From positions 1 through 64,000 of the forward strand of contig JAAILG010000699.1 in the NCBI GenBank assembly GCA_012026655.1: a stretch of 64,000 nt of DNA. Direction: 5' to 3'. Under the pieces are notes generated by a model. It was not told the DNA's origin. It searched no databases and was given only the letters and a program-made list of their open reading frames with translations. Within the stretch, counting starts at the first letter, position 1; every line of letters starts with the position of its first letter. Shown here in pieces: positions 1 to 11,248 of this stretch. This DNA comes from Hydrolagus affinis (Eukaryota). The position numbers were made by a program, and so were the translations under genes.

Positions 1-148
1 GACTTGAAGGACACTATAGAAGTATAATTTGTTGTTGAACCCGTAACCATTTAACATGCTAGTTTAATTACAAGATGCTAACTAAAAGTCTACATCGATT
101 CTCTCAGTTGACAGAATATAACATGTATATCTCTGTTTTGTACTTCAG

Positions 149-284
149 TGCTGGAGTAGGTCGAACGGGCACATTCATTGGTCTAGACTGTCTGCTGCAA
201 CAGATCAAGAATGAACAAACTATCAACGTGTTTGAAATGGTTCAAAAAATGAGACAAAACAGATGTTTTATGGTCCAAACTCTG
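149..284 (+). CDS. PTPRV: Penultimate coding exon of a classical (probably receptor-type R3) protein tyrosine phosphatase; PTPRV/OST-PTP-like
   Basis: Acceptor ttttgtacttcAG at 147-148 and donor GTatgc at 285 give a 136-bp exon starting in phase 2. It reads (S)AGVGRTGTFIGLDCLLQQIKNEQTINVFEMVQKMRQNRCFMVQTL, the PTP P-loop to Q-loop. The PTP family call is near certain. The PTPRV name is inferred from mammalian PTPRV-LGR6 same-strand synteny. Confidence 0.85.
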
Positions 285-1012
285 GTATGCTCCAAACAAA
301 AGTGCACTTATCAATCTATGTGTCAATTTTCGGACAACTAGACATATTGTGCCCAGCTAAATTAAAGGACCTTGGTTTCAGCTTGTTTAACATATTGGAT
401 ATGATAGCATACAGAAAAATCTTGTATTTATTCCTCCCTCTGATCCAGGCACATCATCAATGGAGGAGCTTTCAAGTATTCCAATCTCACCTTCCAGTAT
501 TCCAAACCAAAACCCCTTTGCTTCACCCCCTCCCACTCCATGCTTTAAGATCCATCTGTTCAATTGCAATTTGTGTCATCTACCTCCCACCCCTCCACCA
601 CCCCCACTCCCCATCCCTCTTCACTTTCCCCCCAGCCCCCAAAGCATTGCCTTCCAGCTTGCAAAGCAATGTGCTTTGAGATATCCTCTCGATGCATTAA
701 TATAAATCGTTGCTATTGTTCACATACAACAGTTTAGCTGCTGAATAAGAAATGTGTGGTTACTCCCAGTTAGTGTGTGGTAAATGAGTGGGTGTGAAGG
801 GTTGGTTACACCTCATGGGGCTGCCAAGTCTTGATCAGACTTCCCAGCTCTTCTCCATCAGGGTTTAATATGCGGGAATGTTGTGAGGATCGATAGCAGT
901 GATAATTCTGGCAATAATTGTCATTCTGCCTTGTTTCTCAAGCGCAGCCAAAAGGTGAATTGAAAATGAAACTAACATTCTCATAAGTTTTTTTTCTACT
1001 TCTTTTCTCTAG

Positions 1013-1069
1013 GACCAGTACATATTCCTGCATGTGTGCCTCGAAAATATCCTTACACAAACCTATTGA
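1013..1069 (+). CDS. PTPRV: Terminal coding exon of the same PTP gene (DQYIFLHVCLENILTQTY*)
   Basis: Strong polypyrimidine tract ttttttctacttcttttctctAG ending at 1012. Phase 0 joins MVQTL|DQYIFLH, completing the canonical QTxxQYxF Q-loop motif. Stop TGA at 1067-1069. Confidence 0.85.
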   Translation, partial: DQYIFLHVCLENILTQTY

Positions 1070-1120
1070 ACAACTAGAGCTTTGCTGAATTGCTCTTCCA
1101 CTTGCCAAAACTCCATCTCC

Positions 1121-1208
1121 GTCAATTTACAGCATATTCTGTGAAGCACTTTGAGACGTCTAGAAGACGTGAAAAGCGCTATATCAAATGCAAGGATTAT
1201 TATTATTA
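1121..1208 (+). mobile_element. 3' tail fragment of the Deu-type SINE inside the PTP 3' UTR
   Basis: tattctgtgaagcactttgagacgtctagaagacgtgaaaagcgctatatcaaatgcaaggat(tat)n matches the 3' end of the full SINE copies in this window. Confidence 0.85.
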
Positions 1209-1506
1209 CCTACGTTTTCTGCACTGTAGATTTCTATGATTCCAATACAATCTTATTTCTGCTCGTGTAACTCTACTGTGGCCAGGTGATAAATAAGCAA
1301 AGCTTTGCATTTTGTAATGTACATTTCTAATATTTGCACACAACCGAGGGAATGTGAAATATGCATCAGCTTTTAGTTTTGTAAAGATAAAGAATGACTA
1401 ATTGTATTATTGTAAATAAATTCAAACAAAGCATGAGATCTTTATCAGACGTTTATCGGGAGAAAAGAATGTAGAATGTATTCTGCCATATATTTAACGA
1501 TCAATC

Positions 1507-1512
1507 AATAAA
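1507..1512 (+). terminator. Probable polyadenylation signal of the PTP gene (alternative AATAAA at 1415-1420)
   Basis: AATAAA about 440 nt after the stop, followed about 35 nt later by a GT/T-rich tract (gtgagttttttttt). Confidence 0.6.
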
Positions 1513-2919
1513 ACAGACATTCAGAATTGAATTATTTAAATTCGAGGTGAGTTTTTTTTTAAGAACAAAGCATTACTTCCTCACCTACAAATCACATCAT
1601 GTCCTCTGCAATCAGCCTCCTCTTTGCCTGGTTCAGACTGCACCTGATGACTTTCCTCTTCAACCATGCCTTTGCTCACTTCCGCCATGCTCAGCTTCAA
1701 ACTACAACATTGTTACATGCTCCAAGATGCCACCCAGCGTGAAGGGCACAATATTCAATCCAAGTTGTTGAATTGTCGAGTCCATGTGTTTGTTGGTGAG
1801 TCTGGAACAAAGGGGGCGTGAATGTACGAGAGCCGATAGCAGATCTTAAAAAGGAGTTTAGGAGGAAATTCTTGAGTGACAACTTTTATTCAGGTCAGAG
1901 TCCACACGCCCCAATCCTCGTCAGGTACAGACCGAGGCCCCTTTGGAATGGTCCCCATGGAATAGTAGGCCTCCATATTTCCAGTCCCAAAGTCTGGTAC
2001 AATATTCATTGCGTTCTTGGTCGGCTAAACCAAAAACAGCTTTCAGTGAAAGTAAGACTTTGCGGTCTCTCTGAAGTTAGATCATTCCATACATTTAACG
2101 GGCAATTTGTGCCAAATAAAACCAAACTGAGTAAACGATTTTGAACGTTTCATCTCTATCCAGTCAATTACTTGCGAAAGCACAGAAAGCCAATCGTACC
2201 CACATATGGGACCATTCAGTTGTCTAGAAATAACTTGCACCATTTTACGCCCTGTTTTATTACTATTATTATTATTATTATTATTAAGTGAAGGTTTGAT
2301 CTGACTGCCATTGCTGTTCCTGTTTTTTTCGTCAGGCGGGCATCCGATACCTGCGAAAACCCATCACTATGCTTAAGAGTCTCCAAACCAAACTAAGAAT
2401 TCCATTGATCCCAGTTACGCATGGAAATCACTGAGATGGATTGCTTGAATTGAAAGCGTACTCTCTCCCTGGAGGGACTCGTTCTGCTTACCTAATTCTG
2501 GAAAGTATTAGATCCAGGCTGGCAATGCAAGAGTGTACATTGGGGTACTGCCAGAGTCTAACCAACTAAAACCGCATAGCTTGTCATTGATATTGTTGAT
2601 ACAAGTCGAGCTGTAGTCATAGAACCATAGAAATTACAGCAGAGAAGAAAGCCCATTCGACCCATTGTGTAGTGCTGCCTCTTTTATAGAGCAATCTTTT
2701 CAGCCTCATTTGCCTACCATTCTGTTTACCTGCTGTTTAGATGCTTATCTAGTTCCATTTTGAAACTAACATGGATTCTGCCTCCTCTCCATATACAAAG
2801 CAGTTAGTGTGTGTGAGGAAATTTCTCCTTTGTTAGGTGTTACTCTTAATGCAAGTCTCTTTTAGGTACTGTGCTCACTAATGGTCAATCAATCCTTGTG
2901 TTATCAGTTCTTATTCTTC

Positions 2920-3040
2920 CCTCCCCCCCCTCCCACTCCTGTCCTCAGCTTGGGTCTGAAGCAGTGACTGTCCAGTGCCTTGGGACTTCCTCCTGACGTG
3001 AAAGGCGCTATACAAGTGTAATTTTGTTGTTGTTGTTGTT
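2920..3040 (+). mobile_element. L2-clade LINE 3' end (family A)
   Basis: Ends gccttgggacttcctcctgacgtgaaaggcgctatacaagtgtaatttt(gtt)n. The same tail follows L2 ORF2 remnants at 35780-36192 and recurs at about 63660-63823. Confidence 0.75.
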
Positions 3041-5761
3041 ATGATTCTGTTTGTCGAATTCATCTCTTCAGCATTGCTGGTGGGTGGCAAAACAGAATAG
3101 TCTGAATAATAGTTTGGATGGTCAAGCTCCCAGCAGACGCACACCCCAAAAAAATCTCCTGGTTAAAAAAGCAGGAAAAGTTTTGTTCTGTGGATATTTT
3201 TTCAGTGTGACCCATCGATGATTTTTTTAAATTAAAAAAATGTGCTTCAAGATGTAAGATGCAGATTGAATAATGAGCTCTAATTACCTACGTAAGCTTT
3301 AAGACTACATCTTGCCAAACAAATCCAGCTAGCTTGATAAATAAAGGTGTGCACAGCAGCCCCAATGGGTAACGTGAGGGCGCACCGTTGACTATGTCTG
3401 CAGCAATATCCTTTCACTCAAGAGCAACAGGCAAAATAGTGTTTTTTTTTATTGATTTGGCTACACATCTAAATCTGCAAAGCCTTTGTGATGTATTTGA
3501 GGGTGAAAATTAATCATCGATTTACATACCGGAATGACCTCTTCAGCACAAAAAATCAGCCTTTTTTAAATTCTTTCTTTTCGCTCCCCACCCTCGATGG
3601 AATATTGCTGGTGGGGAAAAATGTGTATTCAATTTCCAAGTGCTTCTGCTTTGTCAGATTTAAAATTAAACTGAAGCTTGGCAGATGTTGCGTGGAAAGC
3701 GACTTTGGGGCTTGAAGGGTTAAATTTCTGCCTTGTGTTAAAGGGTTTGAGCAGAGTTTGTATCGCCACATCCATGACAAGAGCGACCACCCACCACTGA
3801 TTGTCTGTAATGCGTTTTATTCTGCACACTGCGATTGTAACAGGGAACAGAGGCAAAGAAAAGTCTCCACAGAAGCTGAGGCACAGGAGATTGAGTTCAG
3901 CCGGCCTTCAGTCGAGACGGCGAACCAAGGTTCCGTTCAGGTGGATGTTTAAGGTCCAAAGGCACTGTTTGAAATGAGAAGGCGGTGTCTACCGTTGCCG
4001 TGGCTGTTTGTGGGACACAGCTGTGCGCAAATCTTGAATGCGTATTAGCCTAAAAAAACACAATCACTACACTTTCCAGTGATTCCCGTGAGGTGTTTTG
4101 AGAAGACCTTTTTTAAAGTGAAAGGCGGTGTGTCAAACACAAGGATTGTTTTATTGTTATAACAGATCTGTGACTGTTGTATCGCTTCTCACAGCGTGAG
4201 CTCCGACTAATTAATCCAAGCTGAAACTCGGAGAGTTTATTCTGTTCTGTAGACTTTTTTGACTGTTTGTTAAAAAACATATGAACCCAATAAAAAAGCA
4301 ATAAACATTCATCTACATCATTCACCCATGCCAGAATCTGCCCTTAAGTAGCTTTTCCCCTCCCGTCATAAATACAGGGAGAGCGCAGAGTGCCTATTCA
4401 CAAATTAAAATGTACAAAACAACACAACAGCTTCATAAGCATTACAAAAATTTGGTAGGTCGAACTACTGGGCAAATATGAATATGGGTGAAAGCCAAAG
4501 GCCATTGAACAGTGTGACGGACATACATTGTGTGACTGAGGCATAAGTCAGGAGTTTTAAGATTTTTTTTCACAGCTCAAACTTCAGAAACTATAAACAC
4601 CTTGTAGTCCTTCAAATAAGGTACAGACCTTATTTCTTTGCACCCAAGCCTTCTCAGTTCAGTTTGATATCTTAAGACTCAAATTATTGTTACTCTACTG
4701 TTCTCTTCAACTCACAATCTCCACTGAAGTATTCGGGCTTTATCAGTTATACGATTGTAACCCTGTTGACCTGTTCTTTATTGATAAAATCTCTTTCTGA
4801 CGCTATTATGTTCGGGACGATATGAAGTTAAAGTGTATTTCAAGTTCAGCTTCTACTGGACAAGGAAATCTATGGAACTTTTATGAACACTATTATATTT
4901 TATACCTTAGATCTAGATTGTGTAGCGATGGCATCAATTAGATCCATGGAATTATATAGACTGTTACAGCACAGAAAAAGGTGACCGAAAGGGGGGTCAA
5001 AAAGAAAGGTTTTTAGCCAAGATTTAGCCTGAAAGTAGGAAGAGAGGGGGGCGAGGCGAAGGGAGTTCCAGAACTACCCTCTGTGTGAGGAAGTTCCTCT
5101 GAAACAGATCTGCAACTGACTTGTGTTCGTGTGTCCTTCATTTGTTTCCGAATGAGTGGGAGCAGTTTATTTATATCAACCTAATCAAATTATGTTAAAC
5201 ACAGTGCCTCATAAGAGAGACTGTAAGGGGATGCTGTGTATATTTTGTGGGCAAGCAAGGCAGGCAATTTGTGCACAACAATGTCCCTCAAATAGCCATG
5301 GAGTGAGTGACCAATTTTACTTGGGAGATTGTTGGCCGAGACACTTCCTTTCTCTTTTGAAATAGCGCAATCGGATGGTTCATGCCCACTGAACACACAA
5401 ATAGAACTACAGGTTAATGTGTCATCTGAAGGATGGCATCTCCGACCCCTAGGAGAGCGCTGGACTGTCAGCGTAGACTATGTGAGTTCATTGTCCACTA
5501 AGTAATAAAAGCTGATGTCGTGTGCAGATTGTAAATAGAACAGAGTTTCTGTGATATCATTTAGCTGAAGTCATAGCAGGAAAATCCAGGAGCCCTAACT
5601 AAGTGAACAAAGAGCCCTTTAACCAAAGGAATAGAACAAGATGAGAACAGATCAGAGGGTAGAAAGAGTAACATTTAAAATAAAATATGAGTAATATTTT
5701 TATATAAATAAATCATTTAACTATTGGGATTTAATTCCCTTTCAAACATTAATGGATCAAA

Positions 5762-6090
5762 TGTCCTGCAGCATATTGGTTAGCGCATTTGTCTCACAAG
5801 TGACAGGACCTGAGTTCGATTCCCAGGCAGGGCTAAACCTTAGGCAAGTTTCACATGCCTCTTTATCTAGCAGTCAGTAGAAACCCAGTCCGGGAGTAAT
5901 AATCCCTCCACAAAAAATTGGTCAGTCAATCCACGACTGTTTGTGGGGCCCTGAGGTGCGCAATTAGCTGCCACGGTTCACCCACAAAATACACAATCAA
6001 ACCATTTTCCAATGGTGTGTAGCGCTTTGAGACATCTCAATAATGTGATAAGATGCTGCATCAAATGCAAGGATTATTATTATTATAATA
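5762..6090 (+). mobile_element. Full-length tRNA-derived Deu-domain SINE (long subfamily)
   Basis: tRNA-like head with B-box gagttcgattcc, central gactgtttgtggg...gcgcaattagctgcc domain, and tail atcaaatgcaaggat(tat)n. Confidence 0.8.
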
Positions 6091-9000
6091 CAAATTACAT
6101 TCACATCAGGCAGGCGCCCCAATCGTATTATTATTATCATCATCATCATCAAACAACCAGAATCTGGGAGGACAGTTCAAAGGCCCACACAAGCATTTAG
6201 CAATTTGCTTTACATGGGATCAGTTCTGATCAGGAATGGCATTTCGCTTGAAGATTGTTTGCAATTCACAATGGAAGTGTAGGATTCAGCTGGCAGAAAT
6301 TAACTTGCTTGACAGAGAATACGAGATGTCTGTGTTTATGCAATTAAAATAGCTATCTTCATAATTTAAAGGGAAAAAAGTCACAACATAAAGAATTATT
6401 GCGAACAACTGGAATTACTGTATCATGCCCAAAATATAAACACAGCTGCATTTTCAATCCCTTTCAGCCTGGAATCACAATATACAATTTGTCCCTCTCC
6501 ATTTGTACAAGATTTCATCATGTAATATTGGTATTAAATCAGTCTCGAACACTGTGGAATAGCAGAATTAAAGGATTATTCATAGGTTTTCTCTTCTAGG
6601 TTTTGAGTAACAATTTGGTGGTTTTGTTTCCCCTGAGCTATTTTATCAACATTCCTTATTTTTCACTAAGCATTGTGTCTCCATGCTTCCAGCCCTGTGC
6701 CACAAAGCTTGGGAACTCTCTACCCTCTGCTTGCTTGCTCCCTCACTTCTCCTCGAAGCCCTCCCGTTCTCTTCAACCTCCTCCCTCCACCCGGGTAGTC
6801 GACAGACTGCCCTGTTAAGTGCTCCAAAACTTTGTCCTGCATCAAGGCCACCATATCAATGCATGTTGCTGTTGGTTGACTTCAAGTCCTGGCAGATGTT
6901 AGTGTTAAAACCACTGCTGTAGTAAGAACTCGTTAAAGAGATTAAAAAGGACTCATGGTTCAGACTATAAAAAGGCATTGAAATTCGGATTTGGACCAGA
7001 ATATTAGGTTTTCCCTCCATGCTAATCAGCATTTCCGAATTGAGGCTTTGCCGTGCACAAATTGACTGTTGTGTTTGCCCACAAACACACGGTCACTAAA
7101 TTCTACAGTAAATTCTGCGAAGTGTTTTGAGCCATTATAATGGCATGATAAGGCGATCTATCAAATGCAAGGATTATTATTTATTATTGTTGATTAACGC
7201 AGTCGAGAGTTGACTTGTTATCACGTAAGGAATTTATAGAGTATTTTTTATTGCAGTGCAATTGGCAGTTTATCATGTGCTATGTTTGTTTCATAAATAT
7301 TTGGACCTTGCACAAAACACTACCTCTGATACTGAACAACAGAAAGAGCTGATCTGTACGGCACGCCTTAACAGTGCGAGGCATGATTCGTGCCTCATAA
7401 TCTGCATTTCATTTGGAGCCTTCGAATGTTTAGCAACAGACAATTGCTTTGACAGAATGCACACAACAGAATTACTGCTCTGCTGTTCTCAGGAATAGTT
7501 ACAAGGCCACAAGATTTGTTTGGATGAAGAAGGATATGTGGCCCATTTAATTTTCCCCTGCCAAACACTCACCCAACTGTCCTGGCCTCACCCACCCTTC
7601 CTAACAATGGTTGTTGGTTTGAGTAAAGTAAAAAGTCATGATGTCTGTCCTGAAAAAACAACACAAAGTTACATTTGTATAGCCCCTTTCATGTCGGGTG
7701 GATGTCCCAAGGCACTGAACAGTCGCTGTTTCACCTGAATAGGTGCTATGTTTCTTGTGTCACAAATACCTATCAGCAAATGTGATAGAATCTTCAACCC
7801 TGCCCTCCACCCTCCCTGAATCCAACACCACCACTACCAGCTTGGGTAGAAATTCCTGACTCTCCAGCATCTTGGAATGCCCCCCACCCCCCCACCCCAC
7901 CACACACACACCGACATGAACATCATCAACAACAACAAAATTACATTTATAGAGCGCCTTTCACGTCGGGAGGACAAATATAATTTTGCATTGTATTATA
8001 TTGTAGAATCAGTGATCAAAAAGTTGGTTCAGATAAACAAAGCCACCTGGTCTCATCCACCCAGGACACCCAACCTACTGTCCTCCCATCGCATCATCAA
8101 GCTGCTTTGGAAAACCAAAAACCACAAAACACCAGATGAGATTATCAAATGGATCAACCCAAAACACCTTCCATGTCTGCCTGAACGAACAAACCGAACC
8201 CCGCATACGTCAGACGCAAAATATTTCCAAATGTTCCCGCGCGCTGCCAGCCTTGTGTACTCCAAACTCAAAATTGTTTTGTTAAAAGATATAAATATTT
8301 GGGCAAGCAAAACATTCCCAGATTGTTTTAATGTGATGTTATTTTTCCTGTTAAAATTTGTTTATAAGAAAAAGATGACACATATCAAGAATTGACCGCC
8401 CACTCCCCCAAATATATTCTTCCCCCCTTCCCTTTCCGAAATGCGGTGGGCGCTCTAAATGAGACGCCTTTTGCATGAGGGTGCTCAGTGTTTGCTAAAC
8501 TCAGCACACGACCGATAATTAATACATGCGAAGTTTGCTTGATCTCTTCTGATTCCAATTTCGCGATCGAAAATGATTCTACCTGGGAGTCCGAGTGCAA
8601 AATAAACATTCCCGATATAAACCTCCAGCTGAGGAGTGCGACATATGATGTTAACTGCAGCAACAAACAAAAAAAAACTAGGCATGATATGATCTCAGTA
8701 GCTAAATCAGCAGTGTTGCGCTTCTGATGATTTGATTTAAATAGTGGCACTTCCTAAAGCGATACGCGCCTTTGATGAGCAGTTGGTGGATGAGAAGGGA
8801 TGGAGGCTCGTATTGAGTGTGAACACACGTGGACTATTTGAGCCGTGACTTGTTTCCGTGCTGTAACGTCCTATCTAATTCTACTTGTGGGCTATTTTTT
8901 TCGGCAACTAATTTTAGTTCCGAAATTTATTTTGAAAAAATACTCTTGTTAAAGAAAATTGGAGCTATGACAGTTTGGATACCAGATAAGGTATTAATAC

Positions 9001-9714
9001 TGCGCTTCTTATTATGCCAAAAAAAACACTAACTTGCTGCTGGACGATTATATTGGTATTTGCTCTGCTATTTTGTGGCCTCGTGCTTTCTCTTCATCTG
9101 ATGTCACCATTCTCTCAGTCACTGTGGGTGGGATAATCTGAGCTGTGGGCTACTCAATGACCACGATTGATGATGTACCGCAGTTTGCTGGTAGATAATG
9201 TATTCCTGCAAAGCAGCGCTGGGTTCTGAGAATCTATAGTTCTTATTTTTCTTTTAGGAAATAATATTATAAAATGTAGTACTGTGCATAGATAGTTCGG
9301 GTTACGCTGGGAAGGTGGAAGGCAAACTCGATAGACCTTGTTCTTTTTTCGTCCAGCAGTTCTTATGTTCTTATACTCTCTCTCTCAAATGGAACTCTCT
9401 CTCGTTCACATAGTTTAACGTTGATGCTAAGTCAGTGTGCCTGGTTTAGTGGATGCTAAAGATCCAATGGCATTGTTTGAAATCAGAAGAAAGATTCTCC
9501 CTGTGTCCTGGCCAGCAATCCCTATTGATAACATTTATCGGTCACTTTATGGCTGTTTATGGGTCGTGGCTATGTGAAAATTGGCTTGTTCATCGACAAA
9601 GAGAGTCACTACAGTTCACAGATGTCTCAATGCACATCATAGAAGTGACGCGATGAGATGCTTTAGCAAATGCAAGGGTTATTATTATTATCATCATCAA
9701 TATTATTAATCAAC

Positions 9715-9850
9715 TACAACAACAACTTGGATTTATATAGCTCGCTCCACGTCAGAGAGAGTCTCGAGCACTTCACAGTAACAGATCCCAGGTCCGAGCC
9801 AGGGGGAGGGGGAACAAGGTGACCAAGTGTGCGGTCGAAAAGAAAGATGC
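9715..9850 (-). mobile_element. L2-type 3' end (family B)
   Basis: (caa)n then cttggatttatatagc...cacttcacagta...aaggtgacc...gcggtcgaaaagaaag, homologous to the copies at 54021-54395 and 60841-61027. Confidence 0.7.
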
Positions 9851-10232
9851 CTTCAGAATTATTCTTACCATTGGTGAGCGCAAGGGCTGCAGCTTATTCA
9901 CAGCAGTGTGGTGCTAGAAAACCGTTTGTTATTTAGTGCTTGAGCGGAAGCCAGACAGCTGCTAGGCTTTAAACCGTGAGTGCATTCTGTAACACCCATG
10001 TAAGGAACAGAAATTGTTCCATGAATTATATCATATCATATCTCTCGGGGGTTGTCTCCTAGGCTGAACAATTTAATAAGAAACTGAGAATCTGCTCAAT
10101 CAGCCACCAAACAATACAAAATTACATTTGTGTAATGTCTTTCACTTTGGGAGGAAGTCCCAAGGCGCTGGATATTCAGAAATCTCGACGGGTGGATGAG
10201 GGGTGCGGGAGTGGGGGAATGGGGGAGGGCGG

Positions 10233-10365
10233 AGGAGCAGGAGTAGGCCATTCAGCCCCTCGAGCCTGCTCCACTATTCATAAGATCATGGCTGATCTAC
10301 AAATCTAACTCCACCCACCAGCCTTATCCCCATATCCATTAATCCCTTTATCTGTAAGAAATCTA
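10233..10365 (-). mobile_element. CR1 LINE 3' end, apparently inserted into an L2 tail
   Basis: aggagtaggccattcagcccctcgagcctgctcc...aagatcatggctgatct is the reverse complement of the 3' end seen at 44575-44790 and 21194-21310. Confidence 0.75.
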
Positions 10366-11164
10366 GGATAGGAGGGTGGTCAAAAGCATGGTCATTAGTA
10401 ATGGGAACTAATGCCTACACAATGTTTGGACTGTGAGGTGTTAAGTCTTAAATTGCGTTGTTTTTCTTTTGTCATGTAGTTAAGTAAATTTTGGGGGAAA
10501 ATAATAATCATTTATGAAGTCTTGCATGCTTGTGGTACCCTTCCCAACTGTACCCAAAAAAAGACAGATGTAAACCTGAGGATCTTATGGATTTTATATT
10601 TCTTGTGTGTTTAGGTAAGCTTCAGGAACATCCAGAGATTTGTTGTTGAAGTTTTAATGGACAAAACGGCGCAAATATTCATACGACTGTTAAAAATAAT
10701 AATTCATTCAACTGCTAAGCTTCAGCTGTTAATGTCACTGAATGCAAGTGCTTAGATGCCATTGCTTGTCTCAACCTAATGTTTTTTCTCCCCTCTGCGA
10801 TCCTTTATCAAGGAGTCCTGTAAGTACGCGTATTAAATGGGTGATACATCGACAATCCATTCACAAGACGACAAGATAGGTTTGGATGTTGAAGGCTCCT
10901 TAGCACAACTGATTTCACCATTCCAATACCATCCTTATTGTTCTTCCATCACAGACAACATCAAGCCGTTTCGTTAAATGTGTCCGGCTGCCTGGCCTCA
11001 GCCACTTACCTACCTTTTCCCTCAAAATATTTGCAGGAAATTACAGCAACAACTTGTATTTATATAGCGCCCCTCATGCAGGGTCAGGTCCCAAGAGCGC
11101 TGACTACTCGGTAATCATACTGGACTGGTGAATCACCACCCCTCATCGATTCCAAATGAAGTGT

Positions 11165-11248
11165 CAGCCTGGCTCAGTTGAGAGCAGCCTCGCCCCCCAG
11201 TCTGGCTCAGTTGAGAGCAGCCTCACCCCCCAGCCTGGCTCAGTTGAG
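11165..11248 (+). repeat. 33-bp tandem repeat (about 2.5 copies) made from a SINE tRNA head
   Basis: Unit cagcctggctcagttgagagcagcctcgccccc starts at 11165, 11198 and 11231. It resembles the SINE head at about 61293 (cagcctggctcagttggtaacactctcgcc). Confidence 0.85.

Noticed and set aside
75-341. 88-aa ORF as a stand-alone phosphatase
   Set aside because: Only 149-284 is exonic. The flanks are intron read-through bounded by clear splice sites.
7877-8750. 172-aa ORF and neighbouring 121-aa ORF
   Set aside because: The first begins in microsatellite and L2-tail sequence. Neither has a recognisable domain or splice structure. The CpG-rich part (about 8390-8780) may be an unrecognised repeat, but I could not define its ends.
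11165-11248. CRISPR-like periodic repeat
   Set aside because: Head-to-tail tandem units with no unique spacers, in a vertebrate genome with no cas genes.
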